From the IMG/VR virus record IMGVR_UViG_3300048831_000054, positions 1 through 62,151 of that record: 62,151 bases of DNA; one strand, written 5' to 3'. Origin of the DNA: a virus (taxonomy: Duplodnaviria; Caudoviricetes). The notes under the pieces were generated by a model, which ran no database searches, had not been told where the DNA came from, and saw nothing but the letters and a program-made list of their open reading frames with translations. Shown one piece after another: positions 18,396 to 27,186 of the stretch (position 1 is the stretch's first letter; each line of letters begins with the position of its first letter). A program made the translations under genes and the position numbers.

Positions 18396-18935
18396 TTAGA
18401 TCCCCGCTGACAGGTATTCCATTGATGGGAGCTCAAGGATCTTATCTGCGGCCTTGAGTACCTTCGTCGCCTTCTTCCAGTCATCTTTCGTCTGCAGCAT
18501 CAGGGTTCCCTTCTCAAAGTAGGCGTCAACGCCGGCGTCCTTGAGAACTGCCAGCACCTTGCGCTCGTAGCCCTCAGTCAAGGCCCCTTCCTCGATGGCA
18601 GACCCACGCGCGTGGAACTTTGCGCTGTGAGTCAGGTAGTCACGCAGCTCATCAAGAAGATCTTCAAGAGTTCCCCTCTCTTTGTTCTCGGTTTGAGAAG
18701 AGAAGCCCCAGTCACCGTCCTTTGTCTGGTAAACGTGGATCCTCTCATACCCAGGCTGTCCACGCTTTGCCTTGTAGACCACCCGTACGATCCACTCCTC
18801 ACTGGAGTCGTCGTCCTCAGCCGCCATAGGTTCATAGATCTTGACTCCCTTCAGGCCCTTCAGCGCCTTCATGATCTTCACATTTGTGCCGCCGAGCGAG
18901 ATGCGGCTGGCTTCAAAGAGTTCGTTGACCTTCAT
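18396..18935 (-). CDS. Putative internal head protein (two modules)
   Basis: MKVNELFE/A; internal AIEEGALTE/G; TAAATA at 18967-18972 upstream. Confidence 0.7.
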   Translation of the reverse strand: MKVNELFEASRISLGGTNVKIMKALKGLKGVKIYEPMAAEDDDSSEEWIVRVVYKAKRGQPGYERIHVYQTKDGDWGFSSQTENKERGTLEDLLDELRDYLTHSAKFHARGSAIEEGALTEGYERKVLAVLKDAGVDAYFEKGTLMLQTKDDWKKATKVLKAADKILELPSMEYLSAGI

Positions 18936-18972
18936 TGTTTTCCCTCAGGTTAATGAGCTGCGTTGCTATTTA

Positions 18973-19596
18973 TCACTCGCCACGAACGAGCTTCATAAAG
19001 TGCTGATAGCTCTGGTACTGCTCCAGCAGGTATTCGTGGTTGACGAGGACGACCTCATCGCACAGGAGCATGATCTCCGCGCCGCCCGCAAGCGCGCGGT
19101 CCATGTCAGTCGTCTTCCAGGTGACTTTGTCCAGAAAGTAGGCGGTGATCTCAGGCAGGTCCTCAACCGGCTTGGTGCGCGCCCTGTCACGGATCCACGT
19201 CGACAGCGTCAGCGAGTCGCCAAGCGGCCGGTCCTTCAGCATCGGGTTGTTTGAATAGCCGCCGGCCCAGAAGTACTTGAACTTGCCGACAGGGAAGACG
19301 CAGTGGACCGTGCCGTACGACCTAGCCTGCAGGAAGTGGCTCGTGCAGAAGACGGCCTCAGACCGGAGCCGGGCGCCAAACTTCCTCTCGAACCAGTCAT
19401 CCATTGCCTTGTGCACGTGCGGCTCAGTGTCAACCGGCCTGCGCTGCTTGTTGACTTTCTCGACTCGTACCGAGCTGCCTTTGCCTGTACCGCGCAGCAG
19501 CGGGTCCTCAACATTCATGGCGACGAAGGGCTGGCAACGCTCGGCAACCAGCTTGACGGCGTCAGCTGGTTTGGAAATGAAGTCACGGAAGCGCAT
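18973..19596 (-). CDS. Putative ADP-ribosyltransferase-fold internal protein (paralog A)
   Basis: MRFRDFI; LLRG...FCTS..QARSYG...AEIML. Confidence 0.6.
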   Translation of the reverse strand: MRFRDFISKPADAVKLVAERCQPFVAMNVEDPLLRGTGKGSSVRVEKVNKQRRPVDTEPHVHKAMDDWFERKFGARLRSEAVFCTSHFLQARSYGTVHCVFPVGKFKYFWAGGYSNNPMLKDRPLGDSLTLSTWIRDRARTKPVEDLPEITAYFLDKVTWKTTDMDRALAGGAEIMLLCDEVVLVNHEYLLEQYQSYQHFMKLVRGE

Positions 19597-20144
19597 CAGT
19601 CGGCCCTGTCAGCGTAGGTCCAGAAGTGCATCTGTCCCTTGTTGTTGGTCGTCCACCGGTAGGCCTTGCGCCCGTCCACAGTGATCTCCTCAACGTTAGC
19701 AGGCAGCGTGCCACGGTTCTTCACAGCGAATGGAGCATGGTGGTGCTTGACACCATTGATGACGCGCAGTCCCTCTTCATCCTTGTTCTTGGCCGCCATG
19801 GTGCCAGCGGCAATACCACCGGCCACGAGGCCAGCGATCGCCAGGTCCTTCCAGCCCTCCTCAAGCTGGAACTCATCCTCGTTGTCATGGTAGACGCGGC
19901 AGGTGAGGGTGTTCAGGCGCTGCATCGGGTGCAGGCGCAGGCGCTGCTGCACCTTCTGCGTCAGGTCTGGCTGGAAGCCCTCCTCACGTGGCACGTCCTG
20001 ACAGTCGGCGTGGATGTCAATGCGGTTGTCACCCTTGTCGATGACGTGGTGCACCTTGCACGCGACCAGCTCCTCCTCAGCGATGTGGTGGATCAGGTCC
20101 TCAAACTTCTCGACGGTGCTCTCAAGGAACTGCTTGAACCTCAT
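19596..20144 (-). CDS. Putative internal head protein (two modules)
   Basis: MRFKQFLE/S; internal LEE/GWKDLAIAGLVAGGIAAG hydrophobic segment. Confidence 0.7.
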   Translation of the reverse strand: MRFKQFLESTVEKFEDLIHHIAEEELVACKVHHVIDKGDNRIDIHADCQDVPREEGFQPDLTQKVQQRLRLHPMQRLNTLTCRVYHDNEDEFQLEEGWKDLAIAGLVAGGIAAGTMAAKNKDEEGLRVINGVKHHHAPFAVKNRGTLPANVEEITVDGRKAYRWTTNNKGQMHFWTYADRAD

Positions 20145-20773
20145 TTTCCAAACTCCTTGGCAATTAGCGGCAGCACCTGTTCATTGAAGAAGGGGCTGTC
20201 GTGTTGAAACGCGTAGTAGCTGCTGCAGGACACCATGATCTCATGCCTGGACTTCAGGGCCTCAGGCAGGTCCTTATCTGACCATGAAAAGCCGGTGAGG
20301 TCATTCTGAAAGTGGATCTCGTTGGTTTCCCAGTCCTCGTCCCAGTCATCATCAAGTAGCGGTTCAACGAGGTCACCATAGACGTCCTCAATCTCCTCTG
20401 ACCACACGAACTTGAACTCCCCGATAGGAAACACCACGTGCGTGGGACCAAAGGTGCGAGCAAATATGTCACTGCCAGTGACGAACAGTCCATCGCGCGC
20501 GTTCCACCCAAACCTTCGCTTGAACATCTCGTTCATCGCGTTGTGCACCAGCAGCGGGGTGTCCTTTGGCTTTCGGTACTTGGTGTGCTCAATGATGGCC
20601 CAGCCAGTCTTGGCGGTGCGAGTCGGTGGCATGCCACGAAATGGCACCTTGTAGCTGACGTCCTGCTCCGGGTCCTTGCTCAGTTCTAGCTGCGACAGGC
20701 AGGGGTGGCAGTCCTGGATGAACCGCTTCTCGTCAAACTTGGTCGCCTCAGTGATGAACTGCCTGAACCTCAT
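20141..20773 (-). CDS. Putative ADP-ribosyltransferase-fold internal protein (paralog B)
   Basis: MRFRQFITE/A; PFRG...FVTG..FARTFG...HEIMV. Confidence 0.6.
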   Translation of the reverse strand: MRFRQFITEATKFDEKRFIQDCHPCLSQLELSKDPEQDVSYKVPFRGMPPTRTAKTGWAIIEHTKYRKPKDTPLLVHNAMNEMFKRRFGWNARDGLFVTGSDIFARTFGPTHVVFPIGEFKFVWSEEIEDVYGDLVEPLLDDDWDEDWETNEIHFQNDLTGFSWSDKDLPEALKSRHEIMVSCSSYYAFQHDSPFFNEQVLPLIAKEFGK

Positions 20774-21411
20774 GTCACGTACCCCTCAGCCTTCAGCGTG
20801 GTGAGAAACTCTGGCGAGAAGTCCGTCGCCACTTCAATCAGGTAGTACTTGCCGTCCATGGACTTCAGCATCACCTCATTGCCGGAGGTGGCCGCCCGCT
20901 TGAGGTCAGTGTTGAACTTCCAGTCTATGGTGCTGCCCACCTGCTTGATGAGCTCCTCAATGGCCGCGTCCGTACGGTCCTCGAAGGAGAGGCCTGGCTG
21001 CTTGTGGCGCAGGTCGTTCTTCACGTTGTCGAAGTTGTGCACGAGGTCAACGACGTCCTCTGACCAGAGGTACTTGAATTCACCTACTGGAAAGATGAGG
21101 TACACGACACCGAACTCCTTGATCATCGAGTAGTCAGAGCTCACGAAGATGGCGTCGGACCGCGCCGCCCAGTTGAACTTCTGCCTGAAGATCGCGTCAA
21201 CGGCGTAGTGGACCTCGCGCTTGCTGTCACGCGGGCGGGTGCGCACCACGTGGCTCTTCATTCCCCAGTCATCTGGCCCATTGCTGGAGGCGTGCTTCAG
21301 CAGGTGGTGCGTTGACAGCCCCTTGATCTCGCTTAGGAACGGAGCGCAGTCCTTGAAGAACTTGTCGAAGTTGAACGAGGTGCCCTCAGCCAGGAAGTCC
21401 TTGAACCTCAT
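20770..21411 (-). CDS. Putative ADP-ribosyltransferase-fold internal protein (paralog C)
   Basis: MRFKDFLAE/G; LLKH...FVSS...EFG...NEVML. Confidence 0.55.
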   Translation of the reverse strand: MRFKDFLAEGTSFNFDKFFKDCAPFLSEIKGLSTHHLLKHASSNGPDDWGMKSHVVRTRPRDSKREVHYAVDAIFRQKFNWAARSDAIFVSSDYSMIKEFGVVYLIFPVGEFKYLWSEDVVDLVHNFDNVKNDLRHKQPGLSFEDRTDAAIEELIKQVGSTIDWKFNTDLKRAATSGNEVMLKSMDGKYYLIEVATDFSPEFLTTLKAEGYVT

Positions 21412-22139
21412 GACTTGTACCAGCCCTCTGTCTTCTTGCGGAGCTGCTCCTCGGGCATGATGGTCGGCACTAGGTACTTGCTGCCTTGCTTCCGCAGCTT
21501 GTCAAGCACCTGCCTACCGACCGGGTTGCTCACTGGCGCCGCGTAGAAGCCCTGCACCTTGCGGTAGGCGTCGAGCAGGAGGTCGTCTGTCAGCTCGTTG
21601 TCGTCGTTCTTCAGCACCTTGAAGAAGTCAAACTTGCCCTGAAAGTAGCGCTGGTCGGCCGCCGTCTGCTCGTGCACCTGCCGGATGAAGTCCTCATCGA
21701 TCACGCGGCCCACCTTCTGCGCGCGCTCATTCGCGCGGCGGATGGAGGTCTCAAGTGACGTGTCAACGAAGATCATGCCGACGTCGTAGCCCAGCGACTC
21801 GAGGATGCCGGTGCGGTGCAGGATGTTGGAGACGTCGTTGGACGTACCGTCAATGAAGAGCGGCAGCATGCCATTGAGGTTCGAGTACAGCGCGCCGCTC
21901 GTCATGCGCTGCGCCGCCTCCTTGAAGAAGGGCCAGTTCTCTGACGTCACGGCCCGCTTGAACTTCCTGGCGAGAAACTCGGAGGCGCGGTCAGTGTTGA
22001 CGACCCGCGGCTGCACGTCGCCAGCCAGGCGAGAGACCGTGTAGCTCTTGCCGGAGCCGGGCTCACCTGTCACGAAGATGGCCTTGAACAGGCCAGCGTC
22101 ATTGATCGACTCGTCTAGAAACTGTCTGAATGTTTTCAT
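21408..22139 (-). CDS. Zeta-toxin/AAA_33-like P-loop kinase with capsid-targeting-like leader
   Basis: MKTFRQFLDE/S; GEPGSGKS, FIDGT, LGYDVGMIFVDTSLETSIRRANER. Confidence 0.78.
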   Translation of the reverse strand: MKTFRQFLDESINDAGLFKAIFVTGEPGSGKSYTVSRLAGDVQPRVVNTDRASEFLARKFKRAVTSENWPFFKEAAQRMTSGALYSNLNGMLPLFIDGTSNDVSNILHRTGILESLGYDVGMIFVDTSLETSIRRANERAQKVGRVIDEDFIRQVHEQTAADQRYFQGKFDFFKVLKNDDNELTDDLLLDAYRKVQGFYAAPVSNPVGRQVLDKLRKQGSKYLVPTIMPEEQLRKKTEGWYKS

Positions 22140-23131
22140 TTGTCAAACACGAATCCCAAGTTACCCTTCAGCCGGCTTCCTACCTTTATACCAGGTTCCT
22201 GCAAGATCTTGTAAAACGTGTCTACTGAGATGCCAACGCACTGTCCTGAGAACCAGGCCTCACCCATTAACCTGAGCTCACCGGGCAGCTGCACTGAAAG
22301 TCGAAGCACTTTCGGATCCATATAGAAGTCAGCAATGACATTCAGACGGCGAGAGCGGTTATCTCGCAGCAGCGCCAGCAACTTACTGCCAGTCGGATTG
22401 ATTGACTGATTGACAGCGCGTCTAGCCAGCTTCATATCCATCTTGGTCTCAGCGTTGCGAGATAAGATGTTTCTCATGCTGCCACGGGTGCTTGCCTTGT
22501 TGTAGGCATCATCGACGTCATCTATGTTTCCAAGATCAAAGTTGTCAATCATTGAGTAAATGATTGCCTCTGGAGACTTTTCCGCCAGCGCAGCATTGAT
22601 GCGCGCTGCGCTGATGTACTTACTCTGCTTGTCTGGCTTTATGCCTAAATCGTACAGCGCGTCTCTTAGGAAACTATCAAAGTACTCAATATCCATGCTG
22701 CGCGTCAAGTTTTTATTGATGAAGTCATCTTCTCTTGAGACTGCCACTGGCGTTCCGTCAAAAGGCAGCATCACATACAAGTTTTGCCAGCTGTGTGAAA
22801 ATTGCCTCGCGTAGTGCATGTCTGATGAGCAGATGAATGACGCAGATCGTTTTGGGACTCCCTTGAGGTTGCTTGAGATGTCCATTGCCAGTTGGTAGAG
22901 GTTGCTGCTGTCTTTTGAAGTGCGTAGCGCGGCTGTGCTATCAAACACCATGACGCTTGATCCCGGTGACTGCTTGAACCCGCGAAACAGCACATTGCTG
23001 CTGGCAACATCACTTAGCGACTTGCGACAATGCTCATTTAGCAGCTCAATGCCACGCTTGACATTGACCTTTGACACCTTCCACTTTGAGGTGATCACTG
23101 TGGCCTCTGCTAGAAACTGCCTGAAGTTCAT
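22136..23131 (-). CDS. Putative ADP-ribosyltransferase-fold internal protein (paralog D)
   Basis: MNFRQFLAE/A; LFRG...PKRSASFICSS..YARQF...GEAWF. Confidence 0.6.
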   Translation of the reverse strand: MNFRQFLAEATVITSKWKVSKVNVKRGIELLNEHCRKSLSDVASSNVLFRGFKQSPGSSVMVFDSTAALRTSKDSSNLYQLAMDISSNLKGVPKRSASFICSSDMHYARQFSHSWQNLYVMLPFDGTPVAVSREDDFINKNLTRSMDIEYFDSFLRDALYDLGIKPDKQSKYISAARINAALAEKSPEAIIYSMIDNFDLGNIDDVDDAYNKASTRGSMRNILSRNAETKMDMKLARRAVNQSINPTGSKLLALLRDNRSRRLNVIADFYMDPKVLRLSVQLPGELRLMGEAWFSGQCVGISVDTFYKILQEPGIKVGSRLKGNLGFVFDK

Positions 23132-23586
23132 TTCGACTTGTCCACCTGCGCGTCATCGACCTGGATCATTCGCAGCAGCTCATTGCGGTCGGCCACGATC
23201 AGGTTGTTGGTTGTCTTGTTGCCGCTGCCGAAGGGCACAAACGTGCTTGCGCGCTTGCGCTCGATCTTGATCTTGGCACGGCTGTTCGCGGCGTTCAACG
23301 CGATGTTGAGGTAGTTGGCGGCGACCTCGGCGTTGCGGGCGGCGTAGCGCGGCTCGACCATCTCGGTCAGCGCAGTCTGGTTCTCAAAGGCGCCCATGGC
23401 AGCGTCGTAGACGTCATCGATCTTCTTCTCGATGATGATGTCCTCCTCGTCCTTCTGAGTGGCCTCTGCGACCGTGGCGCTCACCTCAGCCGTCATCGCG
23501 TACTGCTGCTCAATGTCAATGCTTGAGCTGCCTGACTCGATGTTCAGGACGTCCTCGAGCGGGTGCTCAATCTTGATCTTGCTCAT
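23128..23586 (-). CDS. Terminase small subunit-like protein
   Basis: Helical core PRYAARNAEVAANYL and C-terminal TTNNLIVADRNELL, resembling gp16-family proteins. Confidence 0.6.
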   Translation of the reverse strand: MSKIKIEHPLEDVLNIESGSSSIDIEQQYAMTAEVSATVAEATQKDEEDIIIEKKIDDVYDAAMGAFENQTALTEMVEPRYAARNAEVAANYLNIALNAANSRAKIKIERKRASTFVPFGSGNKTTNNLIVADRNELLRMIQVDDAQVDKSK

Positions 23587-24038
23587 GCTCTCTTCCTTGG
23601 CCTTCTTGGCTGCTTGGGCGCCTGCTTGAACAGGCTCGCCTCTGTGATGACTCGAAACTTCATGCCGTGCTGGCGGGCAAACAGGTCAGCCGCCTTCCAC
23701 TTGGCGTCATTGATGATCAGTGACAGCTTGTCATAGTCTGTCATGTTGGCGCGCTGCACTGATTCCTTCAGCGGCTTGATCTCAATGATCTCCTTCTGCA
23801 CGGCGCCGGCCTTGTCACGGTACACCACGATGAAGTCAGGGTAGTAGTAGTGCACCCTCGCGTCGGTCGGCTTCAGGTATGGGATCTTCAGCTCCTCGCT
23901 GCCCCACTTCAGCACCGCCTCAGACGCGTCGAAGAACTTCATGGCGCGCACCTCCCACGCCGACCTGAAGAAGATCTTCGTGGGGTCTCCCAGGTACTTG
24001 TCTGGGAACTTAGGTAGGAACCGTCCGCGGGCTGCCAT
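23583..24038 (-). CDS. gp4: Head completion nuclease (gp4/TnsA-like)
   Basis: KYLGD..FRSAWE, WGSEE..IPY, YYPDF, IEIKP, N.AKW.AA, ITE. Confidence 0.9.
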   Translation of the reverse strand: MAARGRFLPKFPDKYLGDPTKIFFRSAWEVRAMKFFDASEAVLKWGSEELKIPYLKPTDARVHYYYPDFIVVYRDKAGAVQKEIIEIKPLKESVQRANMTDYDKLSLIINDAKWKAADLFARQHGMKFRVITEASLFKQAPKQPRRPRKRA

Positions 24039-24041
24039 GGC

Positions 24042-25352
24042 TTATGGGAACGTCCCCGTCGGCGAGCCGCCGGTGCTCGAGTCCTTGACAGGGGCCGGAG
24101 GCGCGGTGCCAAAGACGGCGCCAGTGCTGAAGATGCTCTTCGTGGCGCTGAACAGCGACTTCTGCGCCTGCGTTGCCAGGCCCTGCCCAACGCGCGAGAG
24201 CTCACCCGCGACGATCGTGCCGCCCGGCGTCTTGCCGAGCGTCTTGAGCAGGAAGTTTGAGACCGACTGGTTGGCGGCGCGGATGGCCTGGTTGCCGATC
24301 ATCTCCGTCGCCTTCTGTGCGAAGTTGCCGAACAGCGACTGGCCACCAGGGCTGGCCGTCTCATTGCGGTAGACGGACGAGTCGTAGTTGCCGGCCTCTG
24401 ACAGGATGTCTTTGCCCTCCATCACCGGCGCGGTGTTGGCGAGGGTCGCCTGCTGGGCGTACGACATGTGCAGCGCGTCAAAGTTGAATGACAGCGACAG
24501 GTTGCTTGGACCACCACCGCTCGAGTAGTCGAGGTCATCCATGTTGATGTTGGTGATGCGTGGGTTGATGAAGTCGAAGTGAACGACCTTCACCCAGCTC
24601 TTTGGGTCTGAGTACCACGAGCCGCGTTCCACGAAGATCTGGCTGATGCGGATGCGGGTGAGTGGCTGGTTAGCCACCCCGCTGGAACTTGCGGGAATTG
24701 CCTGCAGCCCGCCACCGTCCAGGCCACCAAACGGCGGCGTGAACTCCATGCCACGGCGGTCAAAGCTCTGCACCGCCGCGTCGGTCACCGGCCGAGAGAT
24801 CGGCTGGTAGATCATGCGGTAGATGTTGGCGAAGTCCAGCGCGCGGTTACCGACGTCGTCTGTCAGCGTCATGCTGAGCTCGCGGTGCTTGATGCGCGTG
24901 AGCACGTGCGTCCGGTAGTTGTACATGTTCACCTCCTCGTACTCAAAGTCGACCTGTGGGCGGTCGATCTGAGTCACCATGAAGGTGAGGTTCTCCTCAA
25001 AGTCACGCGTCGTGACGTTGGTCCCGAACTGCTGGATGTACTCGTTCAGCGCCGGGTGAAAGGTAAAGCTGACCTTGAACAGGAACTTGAGCTTCGGGTC
25101 GAAATCGACCTGAAAGGCCTCAGTCAGGGCGGCGGCATAGCGGGTGGAGTCGCTGATGCGCGTCTGCGGGTCCTGCTGCGCGATGACGGTCTGCGCGTCG
25201 GTAGGGCCCGCGCCTGGTGGGTTCGTCTGGCCAAAGATGCTGCCCAGGGCGCCAGAGGCGAGGCCGCCGATGGCCGCGCCGAATGCGGCAAAGGCCTGCT
25301 GCTCAAGGGCGACGCCTGTGCTCTTGACAATGCCTGAGATGTCTGGGCTCAC
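24042..25352 (-). CDS. Tail-tube-fold protein (tube initiator/baseplate-like)
   Basis: PKLKFLFKV, IDRPQVDFEYEEVNMYN, DDLDYS parallel the tube protein at 26117. Confidence 0.65.
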   Translation of the reverse strand: MSPDISGIVKSTGVALEQQAFAAFGAAIGGLASGALGSIFGQTNPPGAGPTDAQTVIAQQDPQTRISDSTRYAAALTEAFQVDFDPKLKFLFKVSFTFHPALNEYIQQFGTNVTTRDFEENLTFMVTQIDRPQVDFEYEEVNMYNYRTHVLTRIKHRELSMTLTDDVGNRALDFANIYRMIYQPISRPVTDAAVQSFDRRGMEFTPPFGGLDGGGLQAIPASSSGVANQPLTRIRISQIFVERGSWYSDPKSWVKVVHFDFINPRITNINMDDLDYSSGGGPSNLSLSFNFDALHMSYAQQATLANTAPVMEGKDILSEAGNYDSSVYRNETASPGGQSLFGNFAQKATEMIGNQAIRAANQSVSNFLLKTLGKTPGGTIVAGELSRVGQGLATQAQKSLFSATKSIFSTGAVFGTAPPAPVKDSSTGGSPTGTFP

Positions 25353-25395
25353 GTGTGATCCTAAGGTGCGCGTTGCCTATTTATCAGGTCGCCAA

Positions 25396-25427
25396 GCAAA
25401 AAGAAAGGAAGCCGAAGCTTCCTTTCT
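25396..25427 (-). terminator. Rho-independent terminator with cUUCGg loop
   Basis: agaaaggaagc-ttcg-gcttcctttct-tttttg. Confidence 0.85.
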
Positions 25428-25444
25428 GTTGAGCGTCAGGCTGA

Positions 25445-26101
25445 TTAGGCCGCGATGACGGCTGCCGTGTCGTTCGACACTGCGGTGTCGGCACCAGCTG
25501 CGTTCGTCGCAGTGACCTCGACGTGCAGGACCGCACCAACGTCGCCGACAACTGGCGTGTAGGTGTTGGCCGTGGCGCCACCGATGGCGACGTCGTCGGC
25601 AAACCACTGGTACGTGTAGACGATGGTGCCACCACCTGTCCATGTGCCGTTGCTGACTGACAGTTCCTGACCTTCCTGCGCGGTGCCGGTGATGGCAGGC
25701 GCGACGGTGTTGGCTGGAACGTCGATGACGGCGGCGGTACCAGCAGATGTTGCCGAGGCAGCGCCGTCGACGTTCGTCGCGGTGACGGTACAGGTGATGA
25801 CGGCGCCGAGGTCGGCGAGTACCAGCGTGTACGTGCTGGCTGTCGCACCGCCGATCGCAACACCACCGCGCTTCCACGCGTACGTGTAGCTGATGCCACC
25901 GCCGGTCCAAGTGCCCGTCGTGACGGACAGCTGCTGACCGACCCACGCGCTGCCTGAGATCACAGGCAGGGCAGTGTTGGCAGGAACGCCAGCAGCGGCG
26001 TCGAAGTCGGTGCGCCAGTCCTCACGGGCATCCTCCCTCCAGTCCTCTTTCCAGTCCTTGCGAACTCCAGCGACGGAGTCAAGCATTGTCGCGATAGTCA
26101 T
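25445..26101 (-). CDS. Virion decoration protein with two tandem Ig-like domains
   Basis: Two repeats PANT..P.I.G....GQ.LSV..GTWTGG...Y.Y.W......IGGAT..TYT. Confidence 0.8.
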   Translation of the reverse strand: MTIATMLDSVAGVRKDWKEDWREDAREDWRTDFDAAAGVPANTALPVISGSAWVGQQLSVTTGTWTGGGISYTYAWKRGGVAIGGATASTYTLVLADLGAVITCTVTATNVDGAASATSAGTAAVIDVPANTVAPAITGTAQEGQELSVSNGTWTGGGTIVYTYQWFADDVAIGGATANTYTPVVGDVGAVLHVEVTATNAAGADTAVSNDTAAVIAA

Positions 26102-26116
26102 TTCGTGCGTCTCCTA

Positions 26117-26707
26117 TTAGAGGTTGCCGTTGAGGGCAGTGCCGTAGCCCGCACCCGTCAGCTCGTGGCGAGCGTGATCGAAGCGGATCGACAGTTGAAT
26201 GGTAACTGCGTCTGAGGAGCTGTAATCAAGGTCGCCCCAGTTCGCAGATGCGATGTAGCAGCCCTCAAGCTTCCATGTCTCGACGACGGCCTCGTTGCCG
26301 TCAAGCTGCTCGAGGATCGTGCCGAACTTGTAGTCACTGCCGGTCGCAGCGCTGTTCAGCCACTGGCCAGGAAGGTCAGCACCGATGAGGCGCTTCTGCG
26401 TCTCAAGCTGTCCCTGCACGGCGTACGATGCCAGGCCGGTAATGTCGTCCTCGATCGTGAGGTTGATCGGCTGGTACGTGTGCTTGCCGGCAACGTAGGC
26501 CACGCTGTTGTAGCGGTGAATCTCAACCTCTTGGAACTCGACGTTCGGGCGGTCAATCATTGTGGCTTGTCTTGTGATCTCACGCGAGCTCGCTCCTGGT
26601 ACCAGGCGGGCCAGACCAACGAAGGTCACCTGCCAGCGGTACTTCTGCTTTGGCATCAAGACACCGAAGCCGGCGCCCGGGATACCCATGTTTGAAAGTG
26701 TGGCCAT
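26117..26707 (-). CDS. gp19: Tail tube protein
   Basis: MPKQKYRW.V.F, DRPNVEF, YVAGKHTYQPI, WKLEGC, GDLDYS, IRFDHA; downstream of sheath. Confidence 0.85.
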   Translation of the reverse strand: MATLSNMGIPGAGFGVLMPKQKYRWQVTFVGLARLVPGASSREITRQATMIDRPNVEFQEVEIHRYNSVAYVAGKHTYQPINLTIEDDITGLASYAVQGQLETQKRLIGADLPGQWLNSAATGSDYKFGTILEQLDGNEAVVETWKLEGCYIASANWGDLDYSSSDAVTIQLSIRFDHARHELTGAGYGTALNGNL

Positions 26708-26791
26708 TGTTTCTCCTTTTACTTGCCTGTGGTGTCAAGAGCGTGTCTTACACCGTTTTATTTATCGGGTCAACCTAATTTCCGGTCCCGG

Positions 26792-27148
26792 TCACACGAG
26801 GTTCTCAAGCTTGTACTTTGCCTTGTACACCATGGAGATCAGCGTGTCCCAGTCATTGAGCAGGTGGGTGTCAGCGGGATTGAAGGAGGCCTTGGCCCCC
26901 TCCGCAAAGGTGGCAAGCTCACGCACGAAGGTGACCGCGTCCTGGCGGTTGAATGGCTGGACGACGGCGCTCGTCAGGTCAAGCAGGCCGTACTTGCCCT
27001 GGTACGTCTCAGCGAGCGCGTCGGCCTGGGCAAGGATGCCATCATACAGGTCACCAAGGGCAAGGTGGGCGGCGAATGAGCGGGTCTTCAGGTGCAGCTC
27101 GTGAGCTACGTCCCTGGCCTGAAACAACGTGGCGATGAGATCTTTCAT
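26792..27148 (-). CDS. Ferritin/Dps-like four-helix protein
   Basis: AHELHL.TRSFAAHLALGDLYD...D.LAE.YQG, YKLENL. Confidence 0.7.
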   Translation of the reverse strand: MKDLIATLFQARDVAHELHLKTRSFAAHLALGDLYDGILAQADALAETYQGKYGLLDLTSAVVQPFNRQDAVTFVRELATFAEGAKASFNPADTHLLNDWDTLISMVYKAKYKLENLV

Positions 27149-27186
27149 GTCAGTTGGTAGGGCCTTGCGGCCCTACCATCCGTTGG

